A program made the position numbers and the translations under genes. 64,000 nt of DNA. It comes from Stegostoma tigrinum. Taxonomy: Eukaryota. Each line of letters begins with the position of its first letter. The stretch's first letter is position 1. A model generated the notes under the pieces. That model was given only the letters and a program-made list of their open reading frames with translations, did not search any database and had not been told where the DNA came from. Where the stretch lies: NCBI RefSeq assembly GCF_030684315.1, contig NC_081354.1, positions 64,392,321 through 64,456,320 on the forward strand, written 5' to 3'. Positions 14,525 through 26,800 of the stretch are shown here, piece by piece.

Positions 14525-15700
14525 ATCTGTCTGCATTTGTATTCCATCTGCCAAGTTTTTACCCACTCACTTAACCTGTCTAGAGCCCTCTCTTAGTGCT
14601 GTGTCATCGTCACCTCTTAATTTCCTATGTTTGTGTCATTCACAAACTTGGCTGTAGTACATTCACTTTTTTCATTCAAGTCACAAATATGTATTGTAAA
14701 TCATTCTGGCCCCAGAATGGAATACTGTTGCAGTCCACTGGTTACAGATTGTGGCCCTGAAACTGTGTTCTATTAGTTAGACAGTCCACTATCTATGCTA
14801 ATATACTACCCTTAGAAATATGGACTCTTATTGAGTAACCTTTTATGTGTGGTAACTTATGAAATACCATTTGTAAATCCAAATGTATTATGTCTACTGG
14901 TTCCCCTTTATCTATCTTGATTGCTACCTTCTCAAAGAATTCCATTAACATTTATTGGGCATGATTTCTCCTTCAAGAAGCTATACTGTCTTTGCTTGTT
15001 TATATTATGCACTTGTAAATATTGTACTAATATAGTCTTTACAATAATAGACGATAAACTTTTCCAAATTGATGATGTTCGGCTAACTGGCTGACAGTTA
15101 CTTGTCATTCGTCTGCTCGTTACTTTGACTGTTTCCAGTCCTTTAGACCTTTTCCACAATATCATGATTCTGGGAAGATTGTTACCGGTGCAGCCACTAT
15201 CTCTGTAGCTACTTCCTTTAAAATCCTAGGATTTAACCCATCAGATTCATGGGACTTTTAACCTCATCAGTTTCTCTGATACTTTTTCTTTTGTGACAGC
15301 ATTTATTTGCTCTCATCCCCTAGCTCCTTGATTATGTAGTTTCTTTTTAAATGTTATTAGTGTTATATTTTTGTATAGCTACTGTGAAGACTGATACAGA
15401 ATATTTATTCAAGTTCTCTTCCACTTCCTGATTTCCCCCTTGTTATTTCCCCAGCCTTGTTCTCCAAGCGACTGTGTTCATTTTGGCCAGGCTCTCTCTC
15501 CCTCTTTTAATATATTAAGTCTCAACCCTTTTTATATTGTCTGCTGGTTTGCCCTCATAGTTTGTTTTCTCCCTCTTCTTCATTTTTTGTCATCTTTTGT
15601 TAGCTTTTAAAAACGCCTAATCTTCTAGCTTGTTGCTATTTTTGCCACTTGTTATTTCCAGCTTGATACTATCCTTAATTTCTCTGGTTAACCATAGTTG
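14525..15700 (-). mobile_element. Old CR1-group RT fragment
   Basis: Reverse-strand remnants of YRPVSLTS, GFLKEKSC, YLDF and FA(N/D)DT motifs (ORF 14932-15165: NCQPVSRTS...SFLKEKSC). Confidence 0.65.
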
Positions 15701-15789
15701 ATTTATCTTCTCTCAGAATTCTTCTACCTCATTTGTATATATATTTGCTGGGATTCACAAAGTATTTTCTCAGATGTGAACTCATTAAA

Positions 15790-16122
15790 ACAAACTTTTG
15801 AGGGGGTTTGGAAGGGTACATGCAGAGAGGGTGTTTCCCCTTCTAGGACACAGTTTACAAATAAGAGTCCTTCCATTTATGATGGCAGTAGAGAAATTTC
15901 ATCCCTCTGAGGATCTTTAATCCTTGGAATTTACTTTGCAGAAAACAATGGGAGCTCAGTCACTTGATACATTTAGGTTTTTGATCCAATAAGGAGCCAA
16001 AGGTTATTGGGTGGGGTGGGAGGAGGTACTGGAAAGTAGAGTTTAAAATCACAGCCAGTTTAGCTGTGATCTTATTCAATGGCAAAGTAAGCTTGATTGG
16101 CCTAATAGCCTACTCCTCCTAC
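15790..16122 (+). mobile_element. Degenerate CR1 3' fragment
   Basis: Typical end: aaaggttattggg...agctgtgatcttattcaatggc...ggcctaatagcctactcctcct. Confidence 0.6.
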
Positions 16123-16277
16123 TTTACCCAACAGAGTACTTCTGAGAAACATGACTTTCCTGACCTGATGTTAACCAGTACTGTTTCCCGTTAAACTATT
16201 TATTTTGTATTTCTCCTTATGCTGCTTCCACCAGTTCCTCCATCGTATTAATGTGGGTGGAAACTGACACCAAATCT

Positions 16278-16950
16278 TAGAATATTGCAGCATGGAAACA
16301 GACCCTTCAGTCCAACCAGTCACTGCCAACTATGTTTCCAAACTAAACTAGCCTCACCTGCCTGCGCATGGCTCATATCCCTCCAAACCTTTCCTGTTCA
16401 TAAACTTATATAAATGTCTTTTAAATGTTGTAAATGTGCCTGCATCTACCACTTTGGCAGTTGATTCCACACATGACCCACTGTGTCGAGAAAAAATGGT
16501 TGCCTCTCATGTCCTTTTTAAATCTTCCACCTCCCACCTTTGAAATATGCCCCCTAGTTTTGGACTCACCACTGGAGGGTAAAGACCTTGATGTTCACCT
16601 TTTCCAAGCCCCTCATGATTTTATAAACCTCAATAAGGTCACCCTTCAATCTCCTATGCTCCAGTGAAACCAGTCTCAGGCTTTCCAGTCTTTGTCTATA
16701 TCTCAAACTCTCCATTCCCAGCAACATCCTGGTAAATCTTTTCTGAGCCCACTCTCCAATTTAACTTTATCCTTCCATCAGTAGGACGATCAGAACTGTA
16801 CAGAGTACTACAGAGAAGCCTCACCAATGTCCTGTACAACCTCCATATGACATTGCAACTCCTATACTAAAAGGTCTCAGTAGTGAAGGCAAGCATGCTA
16901 ACCACTTTCTTAAGCACCCTGTCAACATGTGATGTACATTTCAAAGACTT
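16278..16950 (-). mobile_element. CR1-group LINE 3' fragment
   Basis: Reverse complement resembles 20650-21505 (catggaaacagaccctt...; ttaaatgttgta..gtgcctgcatctaccact). Confidence 0.8.
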
Positions 16951-18339
16951 AGGTACTTGAACCAGACTTGCGACTTAGACCAAATGGTTGAATTATTATG
17001 GATATTAATTTTCAATGAGCTGTTCTTTACCATTTCAGGTGAAGGTATTAATCTGACCTTTGTCACAGGGCTTCTGCCTGGTAGACAGTGTTGTAATCTT
17101 TTACATGCTCGATTTAAGAGCATCATTTTAAAATAAAATAATATTTAAATCCTTCACAACTCACCACAAGCAGAGATGCCAATCGTAAATTAGCATGATA
17201 CTACATTTTAATATTAGTAACAAGTCAGGAATTCTAGCTATCAGTTCTGGGCGAATGTTTGCTGCCTAATTTGCTAATGATATACTAAAAAATGTAAAAA
17301 TTTCCATCTTCTGAGTAATGTCTAGAAGTTGTACTAAGATCACACCCACACCCTTGATGCCACATGGAGAATTCTAGATATGTGCAATGATGTCAACATT
17401 TGGTAATGTAGGGTAGGTCAGCTGTTATGATATGATAAATGATTCTCCAGGCACCATGTCACATGGCAGAGTAATCTACTGTAGATGAGCAGTCATCTAT
17501 ATTTCAAACCATATGAATTACTCAAACATTAGTGTGCCGTTGAACGTGAATCCCCTCTTATCTGACAGAAAATGCCTGTGAGTTCGTAGAAAGGGCCTTT
17601 TGACTTGAACAAAGATTGGGAGAGGCAGAGGTAGGAGCAGCTGGTTGGGTGAAAGGGTGGGTGCTTCAAGATGGAGTCTGTGTGTCGCTCTTGCTCGCTT
17701 GCTCTCGTGCGCTCTCTCTCTTAGAAAATAAAAGAAGCATCATTGTGGAAGGGCAGCCATTTGACAGCCTGTGGCTATCTTACAGTTGTGGCCCTGGTAG
17801 ACATGCATTAAAAATGATGGATGCTGGAGGCACCTGACTTGACGTGATGACTGCACATTGGTATCAAAAAGCCCATTAAGGGGTTTAATCGCACTGCTTG
17901 CACAGACAGTTGCTCACTGGCTGTAATCCCCAAGTTGCCAGGTAGAAAGATAGATAATTTTGGAATATGTCCAGGATATTTTTCTCAAGAAATATGTTGT
18001 GGATGTAACAAGGAGACAAGCTAGTATTGAAATTGATAATTAATAATGAGCCATGTTTAATTAATAACTTAATTGTGCATGAGCATTTATGAAATAGTGA
18101 GCATAATGTGATTGAGTTCTGTGTAGCATTTGAAAGGGGAAAAGGATGAATCGACTACTGGAGTTTTAGATTAAAGTTAGTCTGACTTGAATGAGATGAA
18201 ACCTACAGTCCACAGTAAATCAGGAAAATTTGCTAATGGGTCAAATGAAAAACTCCACTTCACAGGAAAAAATTGGTATGGACAACTAAAGAGATAAGTG
18301 GCAGCATAAAACTAAAAGTAAAGTCGTGTAAACATGCAG

Positions 18340-20415
18340 CAAACAGCACAGATCCTGTTGAGTGGTAAAGATAGGCTAGAAAGGGCCAGCTATGAAAAGG
18401 ACTTATGAACAGAAACCTGCCAGGCACATTAACTACAGCATTTCTTTTTTTTGCATAAAGCGGAGTGAGTGATCAGGAGCAATGTTAGCCCTCTGAAGAC
18501 TCAAAGTGGGGATATTGTCAGTGACAATGAGGAAATGGTAGACATATAGAATAATAATTTTACCTCTATCTATGGTAGAAAAGGAGGATAGCTTGTCAGA
18601 AGTCCTGAGTAAATTAATAGTGGGTCTTAAAATTAACGTAAGTAAAACATTGGTAATTAATGGACATAAAGAGTGACATATTCCCAGGACCTGACAGTTT
18701 CCATCTGAGAATGTTAAAGTAAGTAGGGGAGCACATTGTAAATACACTCACTATAATCTTTCAGCGTTCCAAAGATAGAATTGTTCCTCTGGATTGGTAA
18801 ATTGCACATGACATTCTGCTTTTCAAGAAGGGTGATGGAGGATGACCAGGGAATTACTGACCAGTTAGTCTACAGTCTGTGATGTGAGTTTGTCAGAGTT
18901 TATAATCAAGGATGAGGTAACTGAAATCCTTGAAAATTTTCTTATCGGGAAATCCAGTATGGATTCATGATGGTGGGTCATGCCTGACAAACCTCATGGA
19001 ATTTTTTGAAGTGGTGACTAAGGTGGTGAACGTGAAATGTTGTTTCTGAGGATTTCTAGAAAACATTTGGTAAAGTCTTACATAACAGACTGTTAACTGA
19101 AGTGAAAGCCAAAGGAATCGAGGGCAAATGACTGACATGGCTGGTCAGTTAATTGAGTAACAGGTGACAGAGTAGTGATATTTGATAGGTGCTCCACTTG
19201 ACAGGATGTGACCAGTGGTGTCCAACAAGTGCCCGTGTTAGGGGTCTCAATTATTCACACAATTAATTCATGACTCTGCTAATGGCGTAGAAAGTCACAT
19301 GTCCAAATTTGCTGATGATACAAAGTTAGGCAGCATTGTAAACAGTGTAGATTAGAACAGCATTCCAAAGGGGTATCGATAGACTAAGTAAAAAGGAATT
19401 GAATATGAGCAAGTGTGAATTTATCCATTTTGGACTAAGGAAGAATAAACCAGGGTACTTTCTGTGAAGTTAAATGAAGTTAAATATAATGGATGTGAAA
19501 AGTGACTTGCAGTCCATGTGCATAATCTTTAAAATACCAGGACTAGGTACAGAAAATAATCAAGAAAGCGAATGCAATGTTAGTCTTTGTATTGAGAGGA
19601 TGGGAGTACAAGGATGCAGAAATTATGCTGCAGTTGTACAAATCTGAGTTAGATATCAGCTAGAGTACTGAGCGCACATTTGAGCACCACATCTTAGGAA
19701 GGATATATCGGTCTTGGAGGAAGTATAATGTAGGTTTACAAGACGTTACCTTGACTTCAGACCCCAGGAAAGAGCAGACATTATACAGGCTGGGTCAGTT
19801 TTCTCTAAATTTAGAAAATTATGGGGTGAGCTGGTCAAAGTCTTCAAAGTATTAACAGAAGAAGACAGGGTAGGTAAAATTAAGTATTTCCACTGGTTGG
19901 GGATTTCAGAACTAAGGAGCAGAGTTTGAGAATTAGCAATAGACCATTCAGGAGAGTTGTTATGAAGCTCTTGCACACACAGAGTAGACATTTGGAACTC
20001 ACTTCCATAAATGGCAGTGAAATCTGGATGAGTTGTTAATTTTAAATCTGAGATAGCTAAATGCTTGTTAAGCAAAGGTATTAAGGTATATGGAGTTAGG
20101 CCACAAATAAGCCATGAACTCATGCCATGGCAGATTGTGGGTTTGAATTCAATAAAAAGGAAAATCTGGAATTAGGAATCTAATGATGACCGTGAAACCA
20201 TTTCCAATGGTCAGAGAAACCCATCAGGTCCTTACGGGAAGGAAATTGCCATCCTCACCTGGGCTGGTCTGTGTGTGACTGCAGACTCCCAGCAATGTGG
20301 TTGACTCTGGGCAATTAGGAATGGGCAATAAAGGGTGGCCGAGCCAGTGACACCCTCATCTTGTGAATGAATAAATGAAAAACAGGCTCAAGGGGCTGAA
20401 TATCCGACTCCTGTT
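18340..20415 (+). mobile_element. Long degenerate CR1 ORF2 remnant (RT region to 3' end) with a SINE inserted near its end
   Basis: Remnants gggaattactgaccagttagtct (GNYRPVSL), gtgaccagtggtgtccaacaa (VTSGVPQ) and aaatttgctgatgatacaaag (KFADDTK). Confidence 0.85.
20125..20373 (+). mobile_element. SINE family B copy (5' truncated)
   Basis: Shares the core tctggaatta.ga.tctaatgatgacc...gggaaggaaa.tgccatcct.acctg...gggcaataaa...tgaatgaat with the 28513, 44901 and 60322 copies. Confidence 0.8.
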
Positions 20416-20579
20416 CCTAAGTACCTTTCAAATTGAAATTAAGGTGAATCGGCTTTTCCTTTTCCTGGGATTACCATGCAAATGGAAGCTGTGGATGAAT
20501 ATCTTCCTTCCATCCTCTAAAAGCAAAATGCCACATATCTATCCAAATCCAAGGAGTGGTGGGGTGGGGCAGGGAGTGG

Positions 20580-21505
20580 GAGCAAAAATAAACATTTTGT
20601 AATATGAGGTGCTGCATTTTGATAAGGCAGATCAGAATGTATATACTTAGTGGTAAAGTCCTATGGAATAAAGAGACTGCTTGTCTTTTTTGGTCAGTGC
20701 ATTGAGTACAAGAGTTAGGAGGTCCTGTTGTGGCTGTACAGGACATTTGTTAGGCCTCTTTTTGGAATACTGTATTCAGTTCTGGTCTCCCTCCTGTAGG
20801 AAAGATGATGTGAAACTTGAAAGGGTTCAGAAAAGGGATAGCAGGACCTGCAGATGCTGGAGAACCTGAGATAACAAGGTGTAGAGCTGGATGAACACAG
20901 CAGGCAAAGCAGCATCAGACGAGCAGGATAGCTGACATTTCGGGTCTAGGCCCGAAATGTCAGCTATCCTGCTCGTCTGATGCTGCTTTGCCTGCTGTGT
21001 TCATCCAGCTCTACACCTTGTTATCTCAGGGTTCAGAAAATATATACAAGGATGTTGCCAAGGTTGGAAAATTTGATCTATGGGGAGAGGCTGAATAGGC
21101 TGGGGCTATTTTCCTTTCATTGCAGGCTGAAGGGTGACCTTCGAGGTTTATAAAATCATGAGGGGAATGGATAGGGTGAATAGCCAATGCCTTTCCCTAG
21201 GGTAGAGGAGCCTAAAACAAGAGGGCATAGGTTTAAGTTCAGAGGGGAAAGGTTTAAAAGGGACCTAAGGGGCAAAGCTTTTACACACTGGGTGGTGAGT
21301 GTATGGAATAAGTTGCCAGAGAAAGTGGAGGACGCTGGTATAATTACAACATTTAAGAGACATCTGGATGGATACATGAATTGGAAGGGTTTAGAGGGAT
21401 ATGGGCCAAATGCTGACAAATGTGTCGAGATTGATTGAGGATATATGTTTGCATGGATGAGTTGCTTGGAAGGGTCTGTTTCCATGCTGTACATCTGTAT
21501 GACTC
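20580..21505 (+). mobile_element. CR1 3' fragment interrupted by the PLE palindrome
   Basis: LEYCIQFWSP...KLERVQK before the insertion; TRGHRFK...WNKLPEKVEDAG after it. Confidence 0.88.
20835..21027 (-). mobile_element. Fold-back PLE derivative (perfect 80-bp arms) inserted in a CR1 fragment
   Basis: Arms 20865-20944 and 20951-21030 are exact reverse complements. 13-bp TSD agggttcagaaaa (20822-20834, 21028-21040). Confidence 0.93.
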
Positions 21506-22244
21506 AAAGATGTGCAGGAGGTCAAAGAATGGAATATCAATCCTAATCTGTATTTGATATTAATTATACAATGCAATATTAAATTTCAAATATAGGCTTG
21601 GTTAAATTGGATATTTTAAACAAATAGATACAAAATAGTTTGCAATTTCTTCTCATATATTTCTACTTCTGTCTTGCTTTCTGCTTCTGTCTCCACTCCT
21701 TTCTGCTTCATTCTTTGCTCTTTTTTCCCCAGGTTTTGAGTGGTCGACTGTGTGATTTTACACAGGGTGGAATTAAACATACGTAGAAATGTATACAAAA
21801 CTACAACACAACATGTCCTTTCGGTATTCCTTCCTTCACCAAGACCCCACCACCCTTGCAGCCCCACCGTCATCACATTCATTACCCTTTCGTTTCTCAA
21901 TCACTCCCTCCTGTTTACTGAGTTCATTTTGAATGAATTGCTCAATCTCCATATTCTTTGGCCTCCCTTTTGTCCTGCTGCCTCTTATTTTTCTTGGATC
22001 TGGCATCAACCCTAACTGACCATTATTCCCTTAACTGCTATTTTACCCATTGTTGCCTATCATCCCCTAATCCTCCTCATGTTGCCTCCCTGTAAACCCA
22101 CAATTTACTAACTACCAAATACTAACTGCCTCTACAATGGCAACAGCTCTTCCTTGTAGTATGTCACATCCAAATTGTCCCAATTCTGTCATGATATTCA
22201 CTAGCATTTGGCCTAATATTCACTGCATACATATCACTGGGTCA

Positions 22245-22434
22245 GTTAGTTCATTTGGCTGGATAGCTGGTTTGTGATACAGAGTGATGCCAACAGTGTG
22301 GGTTCAGTTCCTCCTACTGCAGCTGAGGTTACCATGAAGGATATTCCTTCTGAATCTCTCCCCTTGCCCTCTGGTTAAACCACCACTTTAACAAGAGAGC
22401 AGTGCTATGGTCTGCTAAGACCACAGCAACTTTA
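22245..22434 (+). mobile_element. SINE family C copy
   Basis: Homologous to 12503-12702; tRNA-like A and B boxes. Confidence 0.7.
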
Positions 22435-25400
22435 CGTGGCCCCTTAATATAACATTGCAATTGCAATCACCTTTCCAATCTGGCGCAGGGCTTGTTTCCT
22501 TCCATTCCACCCCCGCCCATAACCATGCCCAGCCTTTCCTATGTTCCAGTTTTATTCATCTGCAGTCTCACAAACCAACATGTGTTTGCATTTCTCACAT
22601 TAATAGTTTAATGGACTATGATACTCTAAAAAATAATTTTTCACTTTTCCCATGGTATGGTAGTGACCGTGTACGAAATGTCTGCGGGCAGGTTTGAGCA
22701 GTGTAGAACAGGAGAAGTAACAGGAGCACCACAGTAGTCAAGGGTCAAGTGGAATGGCTGGTTTGAGCCAACAGAAACACAGCCAGGAGCATAGCACGGG
22801 AATTAAATTGGAGAAGGTCACATTGAAATTAATTCATGAATTAGTTAAATGAGTTTCAAGTTTTACAGATCCATTTATGATTTATTCAGTTGACTATTGA
22901 TGGAACTGGTAGACAGAATTTGGTAATACCTGGCATCCATTGTTGCTTTGTAGTGGACGTTGTTAAACACCCATGTGCGACCAAATGAAGCCAGTGGTAA
23001 TTTATTCACACTACGGACGGCCTTCATCTACTCGCCTTCCCCATGGGTTTACATAACTTTTAAATTAAGTTCAATTTTAATTGGACTAGATTTGGCTTCC
23101 TTAAATTTTGGCAGGTACCTGAAGCTGCAGTGATTTAATATCTTACCCCAAGGCAGCTTCCAAGGTGGAATTGGGAAACTCGGTGGGAATCTGCTGAAAG
23201 TTTACTCCCAAACCTAACCTCAGGCAGTTATCCAGATTCAGTTCTTGGGACCTGTGTTAACCAAAAATATGAGCTGGATCTTTCGAGGCAGATAACAGAT
23301 GTCAACAAGTTTCCTGCATTGATGCACCCACTTTAGGAGAACATGCATCAAGCTTTATGATTTCATTCGGGCCCTTGGAAGCAGATCAGAAGTGGCCACA
23401 AGTCAAATAAACCAAGCTTGATTCTGTGGGATTTTGCCTCCGTTGTGTTGTGAAATAATTAGTCCTCTAGCCTTCCCTCCATGTACATTTCTAAGCAGTG
23501 CAACCACTCCAGGTGGCCAGTCCATGCAAAATCATGCCAGTCCACACCTTCAATCCATACTTGACGACCCCCACTACTACCTGCGTTGCATGGATGTGAG
23601 TGATCATTGGGGGTGGATGAGACACATGTTGGCATTGGCAGGGCTTAATAACGAATCAAAGAACCAGGACAGCCCCAGAGAACTAAGGCAGGCTATCTAA
23701 ACCAGTCTGCCTTGACCGTCCTTGAGGATACTGCTAAACTTTTTTCAGGGGCAGTGGGTCCAACAGTTTGTAAATCTTTCTAAATTCTGCCTTTTCCCCA
23801 AGATTTTCATTTCCAGAATGCTGAAATTAAATTTATTTTCACAAACTGTAGTGAAACCATGATGCTATGTAGTGCCCAGGAATAGTTTGCTTAGAGAGTG
23901 AGATTTGCCCAGATAAAGCAAATCGCAGTGGCATATCTTCAGGAGAAGCTAGTGTGACATTTAAAATGGTAACTTGAAAAGAGCAACATTTCTCACACTC
24001 TTTTCGATAGACTGAGTATACTTCTCTGGGATCTAACACAATGATAGGTCATCCTACTGTTAAAGAATCTGATAATTTTAAGGATTTTTGCTACAGTAGC
24101 AGACTAGACATTCACCGTTCATCATTTTAACGACTTTTTACATGTTGATAAATTTGTATTTTGCACTTTGAAGGAGGGTTTGTAGATCGTTCCATCTTCT
24201 GCCACTCACTAGGCAGGCAGAATCTGAATGAACGAAATAAAGGAGTGGTCTTGTGACTGATTATCGTGAAGTGGTAATTTAAATTATCATGAATTGTGAC
24301 TAGCTATATTGTGTAGATCAGGCTGTTGAGACATAAAATCTATGACATTTTAGTTCAAAAGGTCACATTGACCCAGCTTAAGTGAAATTGTTTTGTGTTA
24401 CACAAGCTTTTAATGACCAGTACATTTGAGAGCAAGGTATGACTTATTTACAGTCAAGTCAGCAATATTAGAGACCTTTCCTAGCTCTTATTGGAAACCA
24501 CAATGGGGGAAATTTTTATTTACAATTCTCGTAAAGATCCATAACTTTTAAAAAGAAAACAATTCCCATAACACCAACTGAAAGAAAATCAATGAATAAT
24601 ATTACATTTTTAAAATTCTTGCTGTAACATTATAACTGAAATCATCATAATTCAAACATTAATAGGGAAATTATACTTCAAATGTGAAGGTACATTTTCA
24701 CTTTAAATAGCCAATACAACAAAAATATGCCTTGTACAGCTTCAAGCGCACTCATTACTTCCAACACAGAATGACACCACTTGTCAGCTCACAATGTTTC
24801 CTACACAGCATACTTAGGGCCCAGGACCTCTCACTTCCCACTTGATAGATTGGGACGCATGTTGTTTTCCTGAGAGCCATATTGCGCTTGTTTCAAGATA
24901 TGGTTGACCCAAACAGCAGATTGGCTTTGGTGCAAAGTTCCAAGAAAGCCTGTTTTCCAATCCCTTTAAATGGTCAAGTTAGCTTTGGTAAAACTGAAAC
25001 CATAGCAGTTTTGTATTACCTGATAAACAATCCCTGCTTCTTCTATCTTCAGCTCTCTATCATTTCCAAATGTCTGACACATACAGTTAAAAGGGTGCGT
25101 GGAGTCTTCACCAGGATCCGTTCAGAACTGTAGGTTCTGACGCAATTGCGGTTTGATTATCCAATTGGATATCCTTTTTTCAAACTTTCAGCCCCATGCT
25201 ATCCTCAAATTAAATGAGCATTTCTTTTGAACGAGTATGTTTGCCGTGAAGACCGATTCCACCTTTTCAAAATGCAAATTCATTTTAGAATTCCTAAGAC
25301 GTTTCCCCAAGTCTCAACTCTTGAAGTTGAAGAATCCTCCTAATATATGGATGTACTTGCTCCAGTAACCCATTTGAAGGTAACAAAACTTCATAAATAA

Positions 25401-25610
25401 ATGTAAATAATGAGCATCACTAATAGCCTTTTCCATGTTGATGGGAACCTTGGTCAAACCCAATCCTGCTCTGGCCCAGTACCTAATGTAGAAATGTACA
25501 GTAATAAGCAGGAACCATAGCTGACATTTCCACCTGTAGGATCACAATTAATTCCCTGGATGAATCCAATGAAATGGGCACAGAACAAGAGTTGAATTGG
25601 GAATTTCTGC

Positions 25611-26240
25611 ATAAGAACATAAGATCCAGGAGCAGGTGCAGGTCACTCAGCCCCTGGAGCCTGCTCTGCCATTTAATATGATCATACCTGATCAATTCCA
25701 CTTTACTGCCCATTCTTCATAACCCTTCAACTCATTAATAATTAAAAACCTGTCTATCTCCACCTTTAGTTCACTCAATGCTTCACCGTCCACTGCACTT
25801 CGGAGTAGTGAATTCCATAGATTCAGAATCCTTTGACAGAAGTAATTTCTCCTCATTTATTTTAAATCTGCTAACTCTTATCCTAAAACTATGACCTCTT
25901 GTTCCAGACTGCTCCACATGAGGAAACATCCTTTCTGTGCCTTCTTTGTCAATTCCTTTAGAATCTTACATACCTTCAATCAGATCTCCTCTCATTCTTT
26001 TGAACTCCAGAGAGTACAGGCCTAAGCTCCCCAGTTTCTCGACATTTATGATCCCTCATTTTTGGTCATCAAGTGACCCTCTTCTGAACTGACTCCAATA
26101 ATACAACGTCACTCTGAAGGCGACCAATATTGTACGTAGTACTCTAGATGCAGTCTTGTGAATGCCTTGTAGAGTTGCAGCAATGCTTCCCCACTTTATG
26201 CTCTATTTTTGTAGCAAAAAAGGCCAGAATTCCATTTGAG
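25611..26240 (-). mobile_element. CR1-group 3' fragment
   Basis: Begins ataagaacataag (reverse tail); reverse-strand CR1 ORF2 3' motifs. Confidence 0.78.
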
Positions 26241-26671
26241 TTGGTGCATCACTAGGAACCCTGCTGGTAACTCAACTGTGCTATGTCAGGGAACCCTGAG
26301 CCTCCTATACTATAATTCATCCAAAACACCATTTTTAATAATATTGACTAATACTTTTTTTCTGTTAAAAAAGTAAAATAATGTGGAGGGCAAGTCTAGC
26401 TTGTTTGCTGAGTGTCTTGTGAAGTCTTGATGCCTTTAGCATTATGACTCCCAGCGTACGCCACTGACTGGCAGCGTCCTAGGAGATACAGATTACACAA
26501 GGAAAAGCTAAATCAGAGAGCTAAATACCTGGCAAATTCCATAAAAGCCTGGCTATGCATTGAAAACTGGTAGATCATTGCTGTATAAATTTGCCTGGCC
26601 TCAACAGTGCCGTCATGGAGAAATATGAACGGAGGCCAGATATTTATTGAAGAGGCATGACTGAATGGGAC

Positions 26672-26800
26672 GATGATGTGGAGGTGCCGGTGTTGGACTG
26701 GGATGGACAAGGTCAGAAATCACATGCCACCAGGTTATAGTCCAATAGGTTTATTTGAAAACTTAAGCTTTCAGAGCCTTGCTCCTCCTCCAGGTGTTAG
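26672..26800 (-). mobile_element. Probable 3' end of a second PLE family with a decayed hammerhead-like motif
   Basis: The - strand reads cctggaggaggagcaaggctctgaaagctt...aataaa: a degenerate CTGANGA, a ggagc/gctct hairpin, then GAAA followed by palindromic aagctt. Family assignment is by pattern only. Confidence 0.5.
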
